NCBI RefSeq assembly: GCF_900105015.1
Contig: NZ_FNLK01000012.1
Span: 360,001 to 392,000 of the forward strand
Reading direction: 5' to 3'
From: Schaalia meyeri
GTDB taxonomy: Bacteria > Actinomycetota > Actinomycetes > Actinomycetales > Actinomycetaceae
DNA length: 32,000 bases
Under the pieces are notes generated by a model. The model was not told the origin of the DNA. It did no database searches and worked only from the letters and a program-made list of their open reading frames with translations. Shown piece by piece: positions 1-8,194 of this stretch (within the stretch, counting starts at the first letter, position 1; every line of letters starts with the position of its first letter). The position numbers and the translations under genes are program-made.

Positions 1-553
1 GGGCCTCCAGGTCATCCGCGTCGCCATGGGCCGCCAGGACCCGAGCACGCACGCTCACCGGCGCCATCTCGGGGTTGTTCCAAGCGGCGCGCGTGACGGC
101 GTCCAGCGCCTTAGCCGCCGGGACGGCGTCAACCAGGACATCCCCCTCGGGTACCACCACATCGATAGACACCAGGGAGGGGCGACCAAAGCCCTCACCG
201 ACCTCGACGTTCACGCTGCGATGCAATCGCGGGGACCGCTCCCCGCGATCCGCCTCGCCTGCGGGATGAGAGCCGCCGGAGTCGGCCTGGTTAATAGACG
301 ACGGGAAGCGCGCCTCAAGGGCGGCGGACGTTAGGTCCGTAAAGCGCTGCGTGCGGCCGGTGCCTCGCGTCGAGGACAGTGCCCTCCAAGCGATGCCGGC
401 GCCGATCGCACCCACGCCGAGCGCGCCGATGACCAGCGGCCCGGCGATCTGCGGGAGGCGTCCGCGCAGCCCCGCGGCGGTCACCTTGTTGACGGGGGTC
501 GAGACGCGCATCCATCGGCGCACCTCGCGCAGGGGATCGTTGGGGTCGTTCAT
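1..553 (-). CDS. Hypothetical single-pass membrane protein, N-terminal part; the ORF runs off the left window edge and is absent from the supplied ORF track
   Basis: Minus-strand frame from ATG (553..551) down to base 2 has no stop (hand-checked) and shows strong GC3 bias. One hydrophobic helix, IAGPLVIGALGVGAIGAGIAW. The start overlaps the stop of the upstream ORF as ATGA (550-553). Confidence 0.55.
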   Translation of the reverse strand, partial: MNDPNDPLREVRRWMRVSTPVNKVTAAGLRGRLPQIAGPLVIGALGVGAIGAGIAWRALSSTRGTGRTQRFTDLTSAALEARFPSSINQADSGGSHPAGEADRGERSPRLHRSVNVEVGEGFGRPSLVSIDVVVPEGDVLVDAVPAAKALDAVTRAAWNNPEMAPVSVRARVLAAHGDADDLEA

Positions 554-2037
554 AACCTGTCCTTTCGATAAAGGGCGAGCGCGCCGAGGACGCGCCCGGG
601 CACCGGGACGCGGCGCGGAACTCGGGAACGGGCCACGCGCGGCAGGCGGGGCACCGTGGCCACATAGTCGATTGGATAAGTGGTCGGCTCGAAGGCACCG
701 CCGCGCTCCAGGGCAGCGACCGTGTTCCACGTGTTGTCCGAGGTGGGGGTCAGGAGATCCTGCCAGATTTCGTAGTGCATGACGCGCGTGGGTTCCCCCG
801 GGGTGGGCAAGAAATCCTGTAGGGCAGCCATTGACGAGGCCAACCTCCCCCACGGGGTCACGCGCACCTTGCGCTCAAGCATCCGCACCGTCTCCGTGTA
901 CGTTGATGACGAGTGCGCGTAATACAGGGGGCGCGTCCGAGGCCGCACGAGGCTGCGCCCGACGGTGACGCGCCGGTCGGGAGCACGGTCGGGGGAACCG
1001 TCGAGGCTGGGCACGACGTCCTGGTCGTGGGTGACGGCTACGGTCACCACGTCGGGGCGCACCCGGATGCGGCGGTTCGGACCGCCGGTGGACAGGATTC
1101 CGACCACGTTGACCCCGGCCTCGTGGGCCGGGACAGAGGCCAGCGCGGTGGCGACGATCCCACCCTGGGAGTGCCCGCAGATGAGGACGGGCTGGCGTTC
1201 CCACTCGTCGGCAGGGACCCCGTCGCGCTCCATGGCGGCGTGCAGCGCGCGGACGACGCCGACACTCACGGAGCTCTCTAGGCCGAGCATGAGGCGGATA
1301 TTCGCCTCAATGTCGGCCGGGTTGTTGGTGGAGCGAAAGTTCATGGCCTCCGTTCCAACCAGGCACATCAGCCAGCGGCGTGCCTCGCCCTCACCGACGC
1401 GCGTGATCTTCACGGCGGGACCCAGGGTGCGAGACCAGTAGAGCTCGTCGATGTCGGCACACATGTCCGACAGGGCCTCGGGGGCGTCCACGCGGCGGAT
1501 CTGAGCCTCGGGGTGATCCGGCAACGGAGGCTGGAAGGGGGGATCGGCGTCAGAATCGCGCAGGAGCGCGACGTGGACGGCACCGCCGCGAAGCGCGCCG
1601 ACCGCCGTTCCGACGGTGAGCATTCCGGTCATCAGCGCGTCGTATCCGCGCCTGGGGATGAGGGGAAGCATGCGTGCCATGCGCCCGTCGCGGTCCGCTC
1701 CGACGGCGATGACCGCGCGGGCCCAGGCACGCCCCAGGGTGGCCGTTCGGCGGGCCATGTGGGAGAGGGAACGGATAAGCAGGGTGTCGAGGCCTGGCGT
1801 ATCGAAGAAGATTCGCTGAGACTTTTCGCTGATCGCACTCCCCATTTCGTCGGAGACGGAACGCGCGCGGCTTCGGAGATGGTCGGGCAGCGCGGTGATC
1901 TCCGCAGCCGCGCCGATGGCGACCGTGGCCGCGAGCGCAGGCAGGATGGGGGCGACTTTGAGGCGCAGGTAGAGGCCGGGGTAGGCCTGGGGGACACGGC
2001 GTATCGCGCGGTAGCGCCGACGCGGGCGTCGCCTCAT
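550..2037 (-). CDS. Alpha/beta-fold serine hydrolase (lipase-like); family not recognised
   Basis: 495-aa ORF with nucleophile-elbow motif LICGHSQGGIVATALAS (G-H-S-x-G). Coding-type GC3. Translationally coupled (ATGA) to the downstream membrane-protein ORF. The true start is uncertain because the N-terminus is Arg-rich. Confidence 0.7.
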   Translation of the reverse strand: MRRRPRRRYRAIRRVPQAYPGLYLRLKVAPILPALAATVAIGAAAEITALPDHLRSRARSVSDEMGSAISEKSQRIFFDTPGLDTLLIRSLSHMARRTATLGRAWARAVIAVGADRDGRMARMLPLIPRRGYDALMTGMLTVGTAVGALRGGAVHVALLRDSDADPPFQPPLPDHPEAQIRRVDAPEALSDMCADIDELYWSRTLGPAVKITRVGEGEARRWLMCLVGTEAMNFRSTNNPADIEANIRLMLGLESSVSVGVVRALHAAMERDGVPADEWERQPVLICGHSQGGIVATALASVPAHEAGVNVVGILSTGGPNRRIRVRPDVVTVAVTHDQDVVPSLDGSPDRAPDRRVTVGRSLVRPRTRPLYYAHSSSTYTETVRMLERKVRVTPWGRLASSMAALQDFLPTPGEPTRVMHYEIWQDLLTPTSDNTWNTVAALERGGAFEPTTYPIDYVATVPRLPRVARSRVPRRVPVPGRVLGALALYRKDRL

Positions 2038-2131
2038 ATCCCCTCCTTGTTGCGTTGCGTCCTATCTCCACCCTACGGCGGGTCTCACCCGGGTGCGCCA
2101 TATGGGGATGCGTGTCGGCAGCCCGCACCCC

Positions 2132-2160
2132 TTGACTATCATACCCCCTAGGGGTACGCT
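2132..2160 (+). promoter_or_regulatory. Putative csoR-copZ-copA promoter with an embedded CsoR-type operator
   Basis: TTGACT (2132-2137), 17-nt spacer, TACGCT (2155-2160). The inverted repeat TACCCC-cta-GGGGTA (2142-2156) lies inside the spacer. The csoR ATG at 2168 sits 8 nt after the -10 with no SD, suggesting a leaderless mRNA. Confidence 0.55.
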
Positions 2161-2167
2161 CGATCGT

Positions 2168-2458
2168 ATGAGCACCAAGCACGGGTACCACGGCAACACC
2201 GAGAATCACCTCGCGCGCCTGCGCCGCATCGAGGGCCAGGTGCGCGGCCTGCAGCGCATGATCTCCCAGGGCGAGTACTGCATCGACATCCTCACGCAGG
2301 TCTCGGCCGTCCAGTCCGCACTGGATTCCGTCGCGGTTCGCCTGCTCAAAGACCACATGAATCACTGCGTCGTCACGGCGGCACGCGAATCCGACGATGC
2401 CGCCCAGGCTAAGGTCGATGAGGCGGCGGCGGCCATCGCGCGCCTCATCAAGTCATAA
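2168..2458 (+). CDS. csoR: CsoR-family copper-sensing transcriptional repressor
   Basis: 96 aa from the internal ATG of ORF 2093..2458. Small all-helical protein with Cu(I) ligands of the CsoR pattern: Cys in GEYCIDIL plus H-x-x-x-C in DHMNHC. It lies directly upstream of copZ/copA. Confidence 0.88.
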   Translation: MSTKHGYHGNTENHLARLRRIEGQVRGLQRMISQGEYCIDILTQVSAVQSALDSVAVRLLKDHMNHCVVTAARESDDAAQAKVDEAAAAIARLIKS

Positions 2459-2473
2459 TCACCAGGAGGAACC

Positions 2474-2719
2474 ATGAGCACCGAGATCGATCGCACCGTG
2501 GAATTGTCCGTGGACGGAATGACGTGTGGCCATTGCGTCATGAGCGTCACCGAGGAGCTGAAGGAGCTCCCCGGCGTCAAGAACGTCGAAGTCATCTTGA
2601 ACTCGGGCGGCACCTCCAAGGTGACTGTCCTGACCGACACGCCCCTAGACGACGCGGCGCTGGGCGACGCGGTGTCTGAGGCCGGCTTCACGTTGGTCGG
2701 CGTCTCACGCGACTTCTGA
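2474..2719 (+). CDS. copZ: Heavy-metal-associated (HMA) copper chaperone
   Basis: 81 aa with the GMTCGHC metal-binding motif and ferredoxin-like HMA length. AGGAGG SD lies 5 nt upstream (2464-2469). Confidence 0.92.
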   Translation: MSTEIDRTVELSVDGMTCGHCVMSVTEELKELPGVKNVEVILNSGGTSKVTVLTDTPLDDAALGDAVSEAGFTLVGVSRDF

Positions 2720-2736
2720 GGGTCGCCGCACCTCAC

Positions 2737-2770
2737 GGACGAGGTCGGGGCACCGTCCCCGGCCTCGTTC
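2737..2770 (+). terminator. GC-rich stem-loop between copZ and copA (possible attenuator or weak intrinsic terminator)
   Basis: gaggtcgggg (2741-2750) pairs with ccccggcctc (2757-2766), with one G-U pair and a 6-nt loop. The stem is extendable by about 4 bp and is followed by gttcccttt. The U-tract is weak. Confidence 0.3.
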
Positions 2771-2804
2771 CCTTTGACCACACCCATACCCTGGGAGGGT
2801 ACCC

Positions 2805-5363
2805 ATGACCGCCCGCTCCGACCGCAACGACTCCCCCACTCGGGGCGTCCCGATCACCGAGCCCAACCCGGCCTCGGCCCCCGCGATTCAAGTCGGCGAG
2901 GGCACGCGCAATCACGCCGCCGACCTGCGCGCTTGCCTGGTCGTCTGCGCCCCGCTGGGCCTGGCGGTGATGCTCCTGTCCATGATACCCGCCTGGCAGT
3001 TCACCGGCTGGCAGTGGGTTGTGGCGCTCGTGTCCCTTCCGGTCGTCACGTGGGGGGCGTGGCCCTTCCACCGCGCGGCGTTCGCGGCCGGCAGGCACGG
3101 GTCGACCACGATGGACACGCTCGTGTCGCTGGGAGTTATCGCGTCGGCCGCGTGGAGCTGGTGGGCGCTCCTGTGGGGCGGTGCCGGTACCCTCGGGATG
3201 CGCATGCACATGAGCCTGATCCCGCGCGCCTCTCACGGCTCCCACGCGGAGATCTACTTCGAGGGTGCCTGCATGATCGTCGTGTTCCTCCTGACGGGCC
3301 GCTACCTGGAGGCCCGAGCACGCTACCGTGCGGGAGACGCCCTGCGCTCGCTGCTCACCATGGGCGCGAAGGAGGCGACGCTCGTGAGCGTCGATCCCAT
3401 CTCGGGCGCGCGCAGCGAGAGGGTCGTTCCGGCCTCCCACCTGCAGGTCGGCGACCTTTTCGCGGTGCGCCCGGGCGAGAAGGTGGCGACCGACGGCCTC
3501 ATCGTCGAGGGCTCCTCGGCCCTGGACACCTCCCTGCTCACGGGCGAGTCCGTCCCCGTGGACGTCTCCCCGGGCGAGGAGGTGACGGGCGCGACCGTCA
3601 ACACGTGGGGTGCGCTGCTGGTGCGCGCCACCCGCGTCGGCTCCGACACGACGCTGGCGCAGATCGGTCGCATGGTCACCGAGGCTCAGGCGGGCAAGGC
3701 CCTCGTCCAGCGCCTGGCCGACCGCATTTCCGGCGTGTTCGTGCCCGTCGTCATCGCGGTGTCGCTGGCAACCCTGGCCGGATGGCTGATCGCGGGCGGC
3801 AGCGTGCAGGCGGCGTTCACCGCGGCCGTCGCGGTGCTGGTCGTCGCGTGTCCGTGCGCCCTGGGCCTGGCGACGCCCACCGCGATCCTGGTGGGGTCGG
3901 GGCGCGCCTCCCAGCTGGGCATCCTGATTCGCAACGCGGAGGTCCTGGAGCTCACTCATTCGATCGACACCATGCTCCTGGACAAGACGGGCACGGTGAC
4001 GACCGGTGTCATGTCGCTGGAGTCGGTGGGGGTGGCCCCGGGGATCGACGAGTCCGATGCCCTTGCCTTGGCCGCCTCCGTCGAGGCTCTCTCGGAGCAC
4101 CCGGTCGCCCGCGCGATCACCGAGGGTGCTTCCTCTCGCGGGCTGTCGCTGGAGCCGGTGACGGCGTTCTCGAACCAGCCGGGCCTCGGCGTCGTCGGCG
4201 CGACCCCTCGCGGGGTGGTGCTGGTTGGACGCCCGGCATGGCTCGCCTCCCTAGGCGTCGACGTCCCTGCTTCCCTGCGCGACGTCGTCGGCCGGGCCGA
4301 GGCCTCAGGCGCGTCCGCGGTCGTCGCGGCGCTCGCGCCGTCACTGGCCTCAACCCCGGATCGCCCAACTGCGGCAGTGCCCGTCGTCACGGACACCCCT
4401 GTCGGTGGAGAACACGCCGGGTCCGAGCCCGAGGTCGCCCCGCCCATCGCGACCCTGACGATGAGCGTGGGAGGCATGACGTGCGCGTCGTGCGTGCGCC
4501 GCGTCGAACGCAAGCTCGGCAAACTCGACGGCGTCGTCGCCGAAGTCAACCTGGCGACCGAGTCCGCACGCATCACGCTCACCGCCCCGCACAGCGACCA
4601 GGAGATCGAGGCTGTCGTGAGCGCCGCCGGATACTCGGGCACCGTCACCTCGCGCACCGACGCCGGTTGCTCCGGAAGCCCCGGGGGCGGGCGCACCGGC
4701 GCGGGCGAGGCTGCCGGGGCCACCGCCGCTTCGGACGCGGGCGAGCGTGAGGGGGAGGCGACCTCGTCCCTGGTGGTCCCCGAGCGCGTGGAGGGACGCG
4801 CGTTCGCCGCCCTGGTCGTGCGCGACACCGTGAAGGACTCCTCGGCTCGAGCGGTTGCCGAGCTGCGCGAGCTAGGCATCGAGCCGATCCTGCTGACGGG
4901 CGACAACCAGGAGGCGGCGCGCCACGTCGCCGGACAGGTCGGGATCGACCGCGTCATCGCCGGCATCTTGCCCGAAGGCAAGCGCGACACCGTCGCCCAC
5001 CTGCAGGAGCAGGGGCGCACGGTGGCCATGGTGGGCGACGGCGTGAACGACGCGGCCGCCCTGGCGCAGGCGTCCACGAGGGGCCTGGGCATCGCCATGG
5101 GGTCGGGCACGGACGTCGCTATCGAGGTGGCGGACATGACGCTCATGAACTCTTCGCTCATGTCCGCGGCGGCGGCGATCCGCGTGTCCCGCAGGACCCT
5201 TCGCGTGATCAAGCAGAACCTGTTCTGGGCGTTCTACTACAACGTCGCGATGGTGCCGCTCGCGATCGCGGGCCTGCTCTCCCCGATGCTGGCGAGCGCC
5301 GCGATGGCCTGTTCGTCGGTGTTCGTGGTCCTCAACTCGCTGCGCCTCCGACGGGCGAAATAG
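2805..5363 (+). CDS. copA: Copper-translocating P1B-type ATPase with no N-terminal HMA domain and an internal HMA insertion
   Basis: 852 aa. CPC in VACPCALGLATP, DKTGT (3981-3995), SEHP, TGDN (4896-4907), GDGVNDAAAL. GGGAGGG SD upstream. An internal GMTCASC HMA domain lies at 4452-4646. Confidence 0.95.
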   Translation: MTARSDRNDSPTRGVPITEPNPASAPAIQVGEGTRNHAADLRACLVVCAPLGLAVMLLSMIPAWQFTGWQWVVALVSLPVVTWGAWPFHRAAFAAGRHGSTTMDTLVSLGVIASAAWSWWALLWGGAGTLGMRMHMSLIPRASHGSHAEIYFEGACMIVVFLLTGRYLEARARYRAGDALRSLLTMGAKEATLVSVDPISGARSERVVPASHLQVGDLFAVRPGEKVATDGLIVEGSSALDTSLLTGESVPVDVSPGEEVTGATVNTWGALLVRATRVGSDTTLAQIGRMVTEAQAGKALVQRLADRISGVFVPVVIAVSLATLAGWLIAGGSVQAAFTAAVAVLVVACPCALGLATPTAILVGSGRASQLGILIRNAEVLELTHSIDTMLLDKTGTVTTGVMSLESVGVAPGIDESDALALAASVEALSEHPVARAITEGASSRGLSLEPVTAFSNQPGLGVVGATPRGVVLVGRPAWLASLGVDVPASLRDVVGRAEASGASAVVAALAPSLASTPDRPTAAVPVVTDTPVGGEHAGSEPEVAPPIATLTMSVGGMTCASCVRRVERKLGKLDGVVAEVNLATESARITLTAPHSDQEIEAVVSAAGYSGTVTSRTDAGCSGSPGGGRTGAGEAAGATAASDAGEREGEATSSLVVPERVEGRAFAALVVRDTVKDSSARAVAELRELGIEPILLTGDNQEAARHVAGQVGIDRVIAGILPEGKRDTVAHLQEQGRTVAMVGDGVNDAAALAQASTRGLGIAMGSGTDVAIEVADMTLMNSSLMSAAAAIRVSRRTLRVIKQNLFWAFYYNVAMVPLAIAGLLSPMLASAAMACSSVFVVLNSLRLRRAK

Positions 5364-5602
5364 GGCTGCGCAGCTCGCCTGCAAGTCGCCCTCGCGCCCA
5401 CCCCCGGGCCTCGCGCGAAACCCAGACCACCCCTCCTTACGACCTTCGGGCCTGCTGTGCAACCCAGACCACCCCTGCATGCCCATTTCGGCCCGATTCT
5501 ACGCATTTCACGCCCGCAGGGGCGACGCCGGTTTCACGACCTCTCGAGCACCGCACAGGCCCACCCCGATTTTTGCGCGGGCTGACCGCGCCAGCCGGCA
5601 CC

Positions 5603-7258
5603 TCAAGAGGTGCGGCGCACGACGCAAAAACCGTCCCGGTCATAAACGGTTTCATAGGTATGGCTGGGGTGAGCGCTGGTTACCCAGGACTGCGCATCAA
5701 CCTTCGCGCCGCCCCACGCGTAGGAAAGCTGGTCAACGACCACGTACTCCGGCGGCGTGTCCATGTCCTTTGTGGTGCCCACCCAATACACCGCTCGTCC
5801 GGGCACCAGCCGCGCAAGCAGCGTTGTGTCGGTCTCGACGCGCGCGCCCGCGGGCACCGCATCCAACGCCCCCTGGGCGGCATCGAGGCGCGGACTCTCC
5901 GTGAGGGCGGGCAGCTTCCACAGCGGCAACGACGTCCAGGCGAGGACCACAGACACTGCGGGCACGCAGGCCGCCACCCACGCGGCGTGAGGCCACGGGG
6001 CTCCGGAGGAGGCCACGGTTCCGTCTCCGCCCGAACCGCCCTCGCCGGGCGTATGCGCGCCCGCACAGCCTCCCTCACGGCCGACGGCATCGGCCACGTT
6101 AACGCCACGTCGGGTGCGGCTCGCATGGCCACCCGGGCCATTGTCCCCGTCGCGGGCCGCCCCCTCGTTCGCGCGCGCCTTGCCGGGGTCCGGGTCAGCT
6201 GCTCTCGCCTGCACGCCGCGCGCGACCCACCTGTCGATGACGTCCAGCAGCGAGCACGCGGCGATGGGGACCAGCACGGCGTTGTAGTGCCACGAGTCCC
6301 ACTGGTAGTAGGCGTCGACGGAGCCGACGAAGCGCCACGCGAGGGTGGGGGCGACCAGAGCAAACCAGGGCGACGAGACGCCCGCCAGCCCGGCACCGGC
6401 CACCAGGACGAGCAGCGTCGCGAGTTTGACCGGCGGGTCCGTCAGGATGCCCCACGGGGAGGGAAGAGCCCTGGCGGAGGTCGTCCCGCCGATGGAGGTG
6501 CCCGCACCGGTTGCGGAGCCGTCGAGGGAATAGGCCCACGTTCCCGCAGGATTCAAGGCCGGAAGCAGGACTTTAACGGTCACCACAAACGCGACGATAC
6601 CGAACAGAGCGTACGCCACGGCCAGGAGAACGCCGGAGCGGCCATGGCCTCGCCTGCGCCACGCCATGGCCAGGCCCGCGACGAAGACCGTCAGCCCCAG
6701 ATCCTCCTTGACCAGGACAAGGGGGGCAAGCCACGCCATGCACGCACCCCACCGGCGCTCGACGAAGGCGACGCCCCCGAAGGCCAGCAGCGGAACGGCC
6801 ACGCACACCTCGTGAAACTGGGCGGCGACCGCGCCCTGAAGCCCCCAGCCCAACCCGTAGGCGATCCCGACCAATAGGGCACCCCCGCGCCCGAGCAGGC
6901 GCTGGGCGAGGCGAGCGACGGGCAGCACCGACACCGCGATCAGCACATCCTGGACGACCAGCAGGGTCAACGCGGAGGGAAACAGGCGGAAGAGGGGACC
7001 AAACAGGGCCAGGATCGGGTGAAAGTGGTCCCCGAGGAGGTTATAGTCGGGGCTCTTGATGGGAACGATGGGCGCCTCAAAGCGCGAATATGCTTGGACG
7101 GCCTCGGTGAAGATCGCCAGGTCCCACGAGGGCACGACGAGGGCGCGCCACTGAGCCACCGAGTAGCACACGTACAGCGCGCCGACCGCGAGCGCGACCG
7201 CGGCGGGAAGCCACCAGGAGGAAACGAAGCGGCCGAGCCCGACTCGGCGCTCGCTCAC
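5603..7258 (-). CDS. Polytopic membrane protein, DUF2079-like (GT-C-like predicted glycosyltransferase)
   Basis: 551 aa with many TM helices and an N-terminal pattern including LLGDHFHPILALFGPL, typical of DUF2079 (from memory). The GTG start overlaps the stop of the upstream GT2 gene (GTGA, 7255-7258). Confidence 0.8.
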   Translation of the reverse strand: MSERRVGLGRFVSSWWLPAAVALAVGALYVCYSVAQWRALVVPSWDLAIFTEAVQAYSRFEAPIVPIKSPDYNLLGDHFHPILALFGPLFRLFPSALTLLVVQDVLIAVSVLPVARLAQRLLGRGGALLVGIAYGLGWGLQGAVAAQFHEVCVAVPLLAFGGVAFVERRWGACMAWLAPLVLVKEDLGLTVFVAGLAMAWRRRGHGRSGVLLAVAYALFGIVAFVVTVKVLLPALNPAGTWAYSLDGSATGAGTSIGGTTSARALPSPWGILTDPPVKLATLLVLVAGAGLAGVSSPWFALVAPTLAWRFVGSVDAYYQWDSWHYNAVLVPIAACSLLDVIDRWVARGVQARAADPDPGKARANEGAARDGDNGPGGHASRTRRGVNVADAVGREGGCAGAHTPGEGGSGGDGTVASSGAPWPHAAWVAACVPAVSVVLAWTSLPLWKLPALTESPRLDAAQGALDAVPAGARVETDTTLLARLVPGRAVYWVGTTKDMDTPPEYVVVDQLSYAWGGAKVDAQSWVTSAHPSHTYETVYDRDGFCVVRRTS

Positions 7259-8103
7259 CCGACCATCTCCGTGCGCCGCACGCCGGGCGAGGGCAAGTGA
7301 TCCGCGCCGTCATTGGACGAGGCCGGGGCCGGGTAGGGCACGCCGATTCCCTGCTCGTGGGCGGCGCGGCGCTTGGATCGGGCATTGGAGTGAAAGCCCT
7401 GAGAGACGGTGGCCAGCAGGGCGTCGACCATGCGCGCGGCCCGGTTGAGGGAGCCGAGGGATCGATCGGCGCCAGAGTGGGTGAAGTTGCAGGGGACTTC
7501 CATGACGGACAGGCCAGCCCGCAGCACGTTGATGGTCATGGCGGCTTCGAGGACGTAGCGGCCGTTGAAGGGCATGGCGGCATTGATCGCCTCGCGCGTC
7601 AGGCAGCGCTGGTAGCTGAGGGGGTAGTGGCAGGTCCAACCGGTCTTTCGGCGGATGAGCCTGCGGGCCACGCCGGGGGCATAGCCGGAGTACTCGCGTT
7701 TCTGGGCGGGCACGGCGATGGTCATGTCGGCTTGACGGGCGGAGACGGCCTCGACGAGGGCGGTGGCCTCGACGGCGGAATCCCCGAGGTCGGGTGAGAG
7801 CAGCAGGATGTGACGGGGCGGGCCGTCGGGACGGTCCCGCATGGCTGCGACCTTCACGCCGGTTTCGATGGCCGAGGCGCGCCCGCGCTCGACGGAATGG
7901 CGCACGACGACGGCTCCGGCTGCCCGGGCGACGCGCCCGGTGTCGTCGGTGGATCCGTCGTCGACGACGATCAGGAGGTCAACGCCGGGTATGGCGCGGC
8001 ACGCGCGCACAGTGGCGGCGACAGCGCGGCCGACGTTGTGTGCAGCAATGACGGCTGCTACGCGCTGCGACTGAGAACCATGGGACCCACTGTGATAGTT
8101 CAC
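7255..8103 (-). CDS. Family-2 glycosyltransferase (polyprenyl-phosphate sugar synthase-like)
   Basis: 282 aa. N-terminal GT-A signature VAAVIAAHN...LLIVVDDGSTDDT (DxD region). Confidence 0.85.
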   Translation of the reverse strand: MNYHSGSHGSQSQRVAAVIAAHNVGRAVAATVRACRAIPGVDLLIVVDDGSTDDTGRVARAAGAVVVRHSVERGRASAIETGVKVAAMRDRPDGPPRHILLLSPDLGDSAVEATALVEAVSARQADMTIAVPAQKREYSGYAPGVARRLIRRKTGWTCHYPLSYQRCLTREAINAAMPFNGRYVLEAAMTINVLRAGLSVMEVPCNFTHSGADRSLGSLNRAARMVDALLATVSQGFHSNARSKRRAAHEQGIGVPYPAPASSNDGADHLPSPGVRRTEMVG

Positions 8104-8117
8104 AACAAACAGTTTAC

Positions 8118-8149
8118 GGGCGGCGGGACGCCAGCGCGCCCCGCCGCCC
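8118..8149 (-). terminator. Probable intrinsic terminator of the 8195..9076 gene
   Basis: GGGCGGCGGG (8118-8127) pairs with CCCGCCGCCC (8140-8149), with extra pairing inside the 12-nt loop. On the minus strand it is followed by gtaaactgtttgttgtg. It lies about 45 nt downstream of the stop codon. Confidence 0.5.
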
Positions 8150-8194
8150 GCAATGTGAGCGACAAGCCTATCTAAACGACAGGTAAAAAATGTC

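Noticed and set aside
2733-4750. Long ORFs 2733..4100 (-, 455 aa) and 2774..4750 (+, 658 aa) overlapping copA
   Set aside because: Their translations are Arg/Gly/Pro/His-rich low-complexity sequence typical of off-frame or antisense reading of high-GC DNA. The copA frame carries every P-type ATPase motif.
5540-5612. Hairpins GGCTG-n7-CAGCC and GCACCT-caag-AGGTGC near the stop of the DUF2079-like gene, considered as intrinsic terminators
   Set aside because: The T-run precedes the first stem on the plus strand, and an A-run follows it on the minus strand. The second stem overlaps the stop codon and has no U-tract.
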